Translations under genes and position numbers: made by a program
Shown: positions 24,043 to 29,102 of the stretch, piece by piece
Layout: each line of letters begins with the position of its first letter
Position numbering within the stretch: position 1 is the first letter of the stretch
Origin: an uncultured Thermococci archaeon
GTDB taxonomy: Archaea > CAYQAE01 > CAYVLA01
Assembly (NCBI GenBank): GCA_964549615.1
Contig: CAZJVP010000064.1
Location: 1-29,102 of the forward strand
DNA: 29,102 bases
Direction of reading: 5' to 3'
The notes under the pieces: model-generated
What the model saw: the letters and a program-made list of their open reading frames with translations, nothing else
Databases searched by the model: none
What the model was told of the DNA's origin: nothing

Positions 24043-26445
24043 CTACCAAGTGAGGTCTTCCGAGGGCGCCTTCCCTTTTCCGGTGACCTTCTCCAGTATG
24101 ATCCTTTGCTCGATGGACGCAACCATCTTCTTGGCCGACTTCACGGCGTCCGGATTTACCGATATGGAATCGATCCCAGCCCGGATCAGGAACTCAACGA
24201 ACTCCGGGTAAACCGATGGTGCCTGTCCGCAGATGGAAACGGTCTTACCGTCCCGATGTGCCACATCTATCAGGTGCGCAATGGCCCTCTTGACGGCTAG
24301 GTTCCGCTCATCGAAGATCTTCGCCACGGCCTCATTGTCCCGATCCGCACCAAGCAGCGTCATGGTCAGGTCGTTGCTCCCGATGGAGTAGCCATCCACG
24401 AACTTGTTGAACTGGTCGGCCAGGATCACGTTCGAGGGTATTTCGGCCATCAGCCAGACCTTGAAGTCGGGACCCCGCTTGAGCCCCTCCTCCTCCATGA
24501 TCTTAACCACCTTCTCGCACTCCTCGACGGTGCGGCAGAACGGAATCATTACCCAGAGATTGGTTAGCCCGAACTCCTCCCGGACTTTCTTGACTGCCCT
24601 TACCTCCAAGCGGAAGGCGTCTATGTACTTCGGATCGTAGTACCTGGACGCTCCCCTCCAACCAAGAAGGGCGCTCGGCTCCACCGGCTCGAACTTCTCA
24701 CCGCCCCTCAGGTTCCTGTACTCGGAGGTCTTGAAGTCGCTGAACCTCATCACGACCGGCCTAGGCGCCATGCCGGCACAGGTCTGCCTCATGAACTCGG
24801 CCAACTGGTCAACGACCTTCTCGGGGTGGCCCTCCTCGATCAGCTGCAGCGGGTGGTCCCTGATGTAGTCGGTCCAGATGAACTCCTCCCTCATCAGCCC
24901 GATTCCATCACAGGGCAGGGCGCCGTGCTCTTCCTTGAACTCGACTCCGAGATTCATGTAGACCTTCGTGCCCGTAACCGGAATGTTCTCGGCCACGGCG
25001 ACCATCCCGGGCGCGAGGCCCGCCTCAACCTTCCTCACGGCCTCCTCAAGCACGCCCTCGTAAACCACCCCGTTCTTGGCATCGACGGTCACGGAGGTGC
25101 CGTTCTTGATCGCGTCGGTCGCCTTCGTCCCCTTGCTGCCCGTCCCCACGATGCACGGAATCCCGAGCTCGCGGCTTACGATCGCCGCATGACACGTCAT
25201 GCCCCCGGAGTTCGTCACGATTGCCCTCGCCTTCTTCATGGCCGGCACCCAGTCGGGGGCGGTCATCTCGGTGACGAGTATCTCGCCCTCCAAGAACTCG
25301 TTGATGCCCTCAACGGACATGATGACGTGAGCCTTCCCGGCCGCCACGCCCGGGCTTGCAGGCAGGCCACGGCAGAGCATCTTCCTCTCCGTCGTCACCT
25401 TGACCTCCTTCTCCTCAGGGGCGGCCTGCTTCAAAGACCACACCGTCTCGGGCCGGGCTTGAAGTATCCAAAGCTTGTTGGTCCGCTCATCCAGGCCCCA
25501 CTCGATGTCCATCGGCCGACCATAGTGCTTCTCGATGTCGATGGCGTATCTTGCGAGCTCGACGATCTGTTCGTCGGTCAGTACCTGGGCCTCCTTCATG
25601 GCCTCAGGGACCTCGCGATGTTCAACCCCGCCGCCCGGCTTCCTCACCAGCATCTCGGTCTTCCTGCTCACCGTCTTGCTGACGATCCTCAGGTCGGCTT
25701 TGCTCACGACGTATTCATCCGGAGTTATCTTGCCCTGAACGACGTATTCGCCCAGGCCCCATCCTGCCTCAATCAGCACAACATCTCTGTCCCCCGTGCT
25801 GACGTTGAGCGTGAAGATCACGCCGGCCGCCTTGGAGAAAACCATGAGCTGGACGACGGCGCTCAGGGCCACCGCCATGTGGTCAAACCCTTTCTGCACG
25901 CGGTAATATATCGCCCTGTTCGTGAAGAGCGAGGAGTAACACTCCTTGACCTTGTCAACGACCTCCTCCGCGCCCCTCACGTTCAGGTACGTCTCCTGCT
26001 GCCCGGCGAAGCTCGCATCGGGCAAGTCCTCCGCAGTCGCGCTCGACCTTACCGCAACGAAGGGCAGCTCCTTCGTCTTGGCGTCCTTCTGATATCTCTG
26101 CGCGAGCTTCCTATATGCGTCCGCGATCTCGTCGGCAAGCTCCTTAGGCATGGGGGCCTCGACTATCAGCTTCCGTACCTCGGCTCCGACCTTCTGGAGG
26201 ACTGGCGTGTCCTCGGGATCCTTCAGCTCGGACAGCACCTTGGCTATCCTCTTGTCAAGGCCGGCCTTCTTTATGAACAATCGAAAAGCAGCGGCCGTGG
26301 TGGCAAACCCGTAGGGCACGGGCACCTTCATCTTGGAGGTCATCTCGCCCAAGGACGCGGACTTACCGCCGACGAGCGGCACCTCTTCCCTGCCAATTTC
26401 ATCAAACCAAAGAACGAACCTTTTCTCCTTCGCAACGGCTGCCAT
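24043..26445 (-). CDS. ppsA: Phosphoenolpyruvate synthase (pyruvate, water dikinase)
   Basis: VGGKSASLGEM, VAVRSSATAEDLPDASFAGQQETYLN, DIEW, QARPET, GGMTCHAAIVSRE (phospho-His), SIGSNDL, ICGQAPS. Confidence 0.96.
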   Translation of the reverse strand: MAAVAKEKRFVLWFDEIGREEVPLVGGKSASLGEMTSKMKVPVPYGFATTAAAFRLFIKKAGLDKRIAKVLSELKDPEDTPVLQKVGAEVRKLIVEAPMPKELADEIADAYRKLAQRYQKDAKTKELPFVAVRSSATAEDLPDASFAGQQETYLNVRGAEEVVDKVKECYSSLFTNRAIYYRVQKGFDHMAVALSAVVQLMVFSKAAGVIFTLNVSTGDRDVVLIEAGWGLGEYVVQGKITPDEYVVSKADLRIVSKTVSRKTEMLVRKPGGGVEHREVPEAMKEAQVLTDEQIVELARYAIDIEKHYGRPMDIEWGLDERTNKLWILQARPETVWSLKQAAPEEKEVKVTTERKMLCRGLPASPGVAAGKAHVIMSVEGINEFLEGEILVTEMTAPDWVPAMKKARAIVTNSGGMTCHAAIVSRELGIPCIVGTGSKGTKATDAIKNGTSVTVDAKNGVVYEGVLEEAVRKVEAGLAPGMVAVAENIPVTGTKVYMNLGVEFKEEHGALPCDGIGLMREEFIWTDYIRDHPLQLIEEGHPEKVVDQLAEFMRQTCAGMAPRPVVMRFSDFKTSEYRNLRGGEKFEPVEPSALLGWRGASRYYDPKYIDAFRLEVRAVKKVREEFGLTNLWVMIPFCRTVEECEKVVKIMEEEGLKRGPDFKVWLMAEIPSNVILADQFNKFVDGYSIGSNDLTMTLLGADRDNEAVAKIFDERNLAVKRAIAHLIDVAHRDGKTVSICGQAPSVYPEFVEFLIRAGIDSISVNPDAVKSAKKMVASIEQRIILEKVTGKGKAPSEDLTW

Positions 26446-26757
26446 GCTCTCCACCACAAAAGGCGTGCGATCCGACCGCGGCGCGCGAAAATCAAAGACT
26501 CTGGCCGCGGCCTTTCTGGCGCCGCGTCTTCCGGAAATCTATTAAATGTTTATTTGAGGGAAAGATGGGAATAATCCCCTCGCTCCCGATCTCTCCGATG
26601 ACCGCGCTGTCCGTCGGATCCCCAGTCACGTTCACCCGCCAACCTTGTGCGTTTCGAAGACCTCCCAACGAGCCCAAGTGTCGTCGCGCGATCGCGTTGA
26701 TCTATGCGAGGCAGGTGTAGCCAAATATAAGCAAGCGATGGCCAAGTACGGACCGAA

Positions 26758-28164
26758 ATGAGAAACAGGCCGGTAGCCCGCATATCCCTAGTCCCTGAGA
26801 GGGGCGTGCTCGAGATCAACACCCATCCGCCGACCAAGATTCCCCTGACCGGCCCTTTCAGGGTCCTCCACCTTGGCCAACAGCGCGGCAACTACGTCTG
26901 TCTCCCCATGCATTTCACAGACATCCAGAGACTCCTCACCGAGAGCGGCTTCGATGTTCGAACGGACCTTGAGACCGACATTCCCCTTGGCCTCGATGTC
27001 AAGATGAAGGTGGAAATCAGGCCGTATCAAGAACAAGCCTACTTGAAGTGGGTGGAGGCCGGATGCAGAGGCGTGGTTGTCATGCCCACGGGGGCCGGGA
27101 AGACGTTCGTGGCCCTGCGAGCCATCGCCGACCTTCGCCAGACCACGCTGATCGTCGTCCCGACCATCGACCTGATGCACCAATGGCACCGCAACATATG
27201 CGCCAATCTCGGCCTGGCCGAGGCCCAGGTATCCAGGTGGGGAGGAGGGTATCGAGAGTTAGGGCCAATCACGGTCATGACCTACGAGTCCGGAACGATG
27301 CATGCTCCGCGCACGGCGGACAGATTCGCGATGATAGTCTTCGACGAGGTCCACCACCTCCCGGCCGAGTCCTTCAGGAGGATCGCGCAGGAATCGATCG
27401 CACCGAGGCGGATGGGTCTCACAGCAACGCCGGAGAGGGTCGACAACCTGGAGAGAGACTTGGACTTCCTCGTGGGAAAGATCGTGTACAGCGTTTCCAA
27501 GGAGGAGCTAGAAAGAAAGAGCTACGTGGCAAGTTTCCGGCAGGAGAGGGTCCTCGTGGATCTCACTCCGGAGGAGAGGGCTGAGTACGAGCAGCTTTGG
27601 CGCACCTACAAGCAGAACCTCAGAGCCGTGTTCGCGAGGACCCGGGGCTTTAGGGGAAATCCGATACAGATGCTCATAAGAAGGCTGCCTTTCGATCCGC
27701 ACGCGAGGGTGGCCCTAGACTCCTGGAGGCGCGGAAGGAGGATCGCGCTGGAGGCCGACTCCAAGGTCGACCAGGTCGAACGGATCCTGAAGCGATACAA
27801 GGAGAGGAAGATCCTGATCTTCTCAGAGTACGTCTCGATCGTGAACAGGATAGCAAGGAAGTTCGGGATCGCGAAGATCACGTCCTCAACGCCCCCCGTG
27901 GAACGGAGGAGGATTCTCCAGATGTTCAAGGATGGTCGGATCACGAAGCTCGTATCGGCCAAGGTTCTCGATGAAGGCGTTGACGTACCCGATGCAAGCG
28001 TGGGCATAATAGTCTCGGGCAGCTCAACCAAACGTCAGTACATCCAACGCTTGGGCCGCCTGCTCCGTCCCAAGGAAGTGCAAGCCGTCCTCATCGAGAT
28101 CGTCTCCATGAAGACGACCGAGATGCAAGCCTCGGAGAGACGCAAGAGGCCCGTTCGTTTCTAG
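26758..28164 (+). CDS. XPB/Rad25-like superfamily 2 DNA helicase
   Basis: IRPYQ, MPTGAGKT, VVPTIDL, FDEVHH, GLTATPER, VLDEGVDVPDA, YIQRLGRLLR; short N-terminal damage-recognition-like domain; AAATATAA at 26723-26730. Confidence 0.88.
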   Translation: MRNRPVARISLVPERGVLEINTHPPTKIPLTGPFRVLHLGQQRGNYVCLPMHFTDIQRLLTESGFDVRTDLETDIPLGLDVKMKVEIRPYQEQAYLKWVEAGCRGVVVMPTGAGKTFVALRAIADLRQTTLIVVPTIDLMHQWHRNICANLGLAEAQVSRWGGGYRELGPITVMTYESGTMHAPRTADRFAMIVFDEVHHLPAESFRRIAQESIAPRRMGLTATPERVDNLERDLDFLVGKIVYSVSKEELERKSYVASFRQERVLVDLTPEERAEYEQLWRTYKQNLRAVFARTRGFRGNPIQMLIRRLPFDPHARVALDSWRRGRRIALEADSKVDQVERILKRYKERKILIFSEYVSIVNRIARKFGIAKITSSTPPVERRRILQMFKDGRITKLVSAKVLDEGVDVPDASVGIIVSGSSTKRQYIQRLGRLLRPKEVQAVLIEIVSMKTTEMQASERRKRPVRF

Positions 28165-28256
28165 ACGCAACGCTCCATCGCAGCATGGGCACGCGCTCGC
28201 AAACATCTAAGAGATCCCGTGGAGCATGGATTCGCAGAAGCAGGGATGTGCCCCGG

Positions 28257-29102
28257 ATGACTTGCTCCTGCGGACTGTGCAGGGAACTGAGGAGCATCGT
28301 CGAAAAGGTGCTCAAGGATGCGCAGGTTGAGACGCCCGCACTAGCAAGGGCCTTCTCCGCTCTCGCGAGGCTTCACAAGAGGTATGGCGATCTCGAGCAA
28401 GCTCCCGCACAACAAGCGGAAAAGATGCGCAAAGCGATCAAGCTCATCAGGGATCTTTCAGAAGATGAAGTCCTTCGCAGCCGGGCGGACTGGGCGCTCG
28501 AGGGCTATATCTCGCTGGGGGAGTTTCTCGAAGAGATCGCTGCCGCGCGAACTAAGCCCAAGTACGTTTCGCAGCTTGTCGGGCGCCTGGCCGACCTTCC
28601 CAAGGAGGCAATCGATCTTCTCCCTTTCAGGCCGAAGGGAAGCTACACTGCCGAGATACTCGAGATGGACAGCAAGAAGGCCTTGGCACGGATAAGCACC
28701 GAGATAGGGACACACCAGAAGGCGATCTACATCTACATGTTCCTGGACCTCGCGGGTCCGAGGAGACGGCCTAGGATCTCCGTACGCCGAGGCATGGTGG
28801 AGACGGACATCCCCTTGGAGCCGAGCATCAGGACGGACGCCTTCAAGGAGAAGATCTACAGCAAGATAGAGATCAAGCTTCTCCACGAGAGGTTCAGCGA
28901 ACTCTCGCTTCCCCCAGAAGCGGTTGAGTCCCTCGTCAGGGGAAGCTCCTGGTATTCGGAGCTTGCCGACACGATCGTGATGCCGCCGATGTCGGAGATC
29001 GTGAAGGACTTCAAGCCACACTCGGGATACCCGAGCTTTGAAGAGCTGGAGAAACTCGAGGCGGAGATTCGCCCCACGGTCCTCAGCTACCTCATGAAGA
29101 AG
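28257..29102 (+). CDS. Hypothetical protein, truncated by the window end (not in the ORF track)
   Basis: Stop-free frame from ATG 28257 (or 28185) to the end: MTCSCGLCRELRSIVEKVLKDAQVE…RPTVLSYLMKK, with host-like codon usage. Confidence 0.75.
   Translation, partial: MTCSCGLCRELRSIVEKVLKDAQVETPALARAFSALARLHKRYGDLEQAPAQQAEKMRKAIKLIRDLSEDEVLRSRADWALEGYISLGEFLEEIAAARTKPKYVSQLVGRLADLPKEAIDLLPFRPKGSYTAEILEMDSKKALARISTEIGTHQKAIYIYMFLDLAGPRRRPRISVRRGMVETDIPLEPSIRTDAFKEKIYSKIEIKLLHERFSELSLPPEAVESLVRGSSWYSELADTIVMPPMSEIVKDFKPHSGYPSFEELEKLEAEIRPTVLSYLMKK

Noticed and set aside
24826-26574. 582-aa plus-strand ORF
   Set aside because: Antisense shadow of ppsA caused by high-GC codon bias; no motifs.

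Overview
GC-rich archaeal chromosomal segment. The archaeal call rests on a tRNA-Thr(UGU) with a bulge-helix-bulge intron, TATA-like boxes about 20-30 nt before several starts, and UPF0282 and XPB-type genes. It is densely coding. Housekeeping genes: pcm, glnA, ppsA, an XPB/Rad25-like helicase. Probable sugar/sugar-acid catabolic genes are scattered through it: a DapA-family lyase, Gfo/Idh/MocA, two Zn-dependent dehydrogenases, an AP-endonuclease-2-type TIM-barrel isomerase, a beta-helix protein, SGNH and alpha/beta hydrolases, and an MFS transporter. It also has a vapBC toxin-antitoxin pair and a cluster of membrane-anchored surface proteins that includes an orphan duplicate of one C-terminal anchor. 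The most unusual items are: (i) a stand-alone NifB-like radical SAM gene with an altered fingerprint motif, its own palindromic operator candidate and no nif genes nearby; (ii) the repeated C-terminal anchor module; (iii) a hairpin-dense noncoding region upstream of the tRNA; (iv) interleaved inverted repeats in the glnA/DUF362 divergent promoter; (v) an XPB-like helicase followed by an unrecognised protein that is not Bax1. No CRISPR array, rRNA, integrase or transposase was seen. All calls come from motif recognition by eye; no database searches were run.
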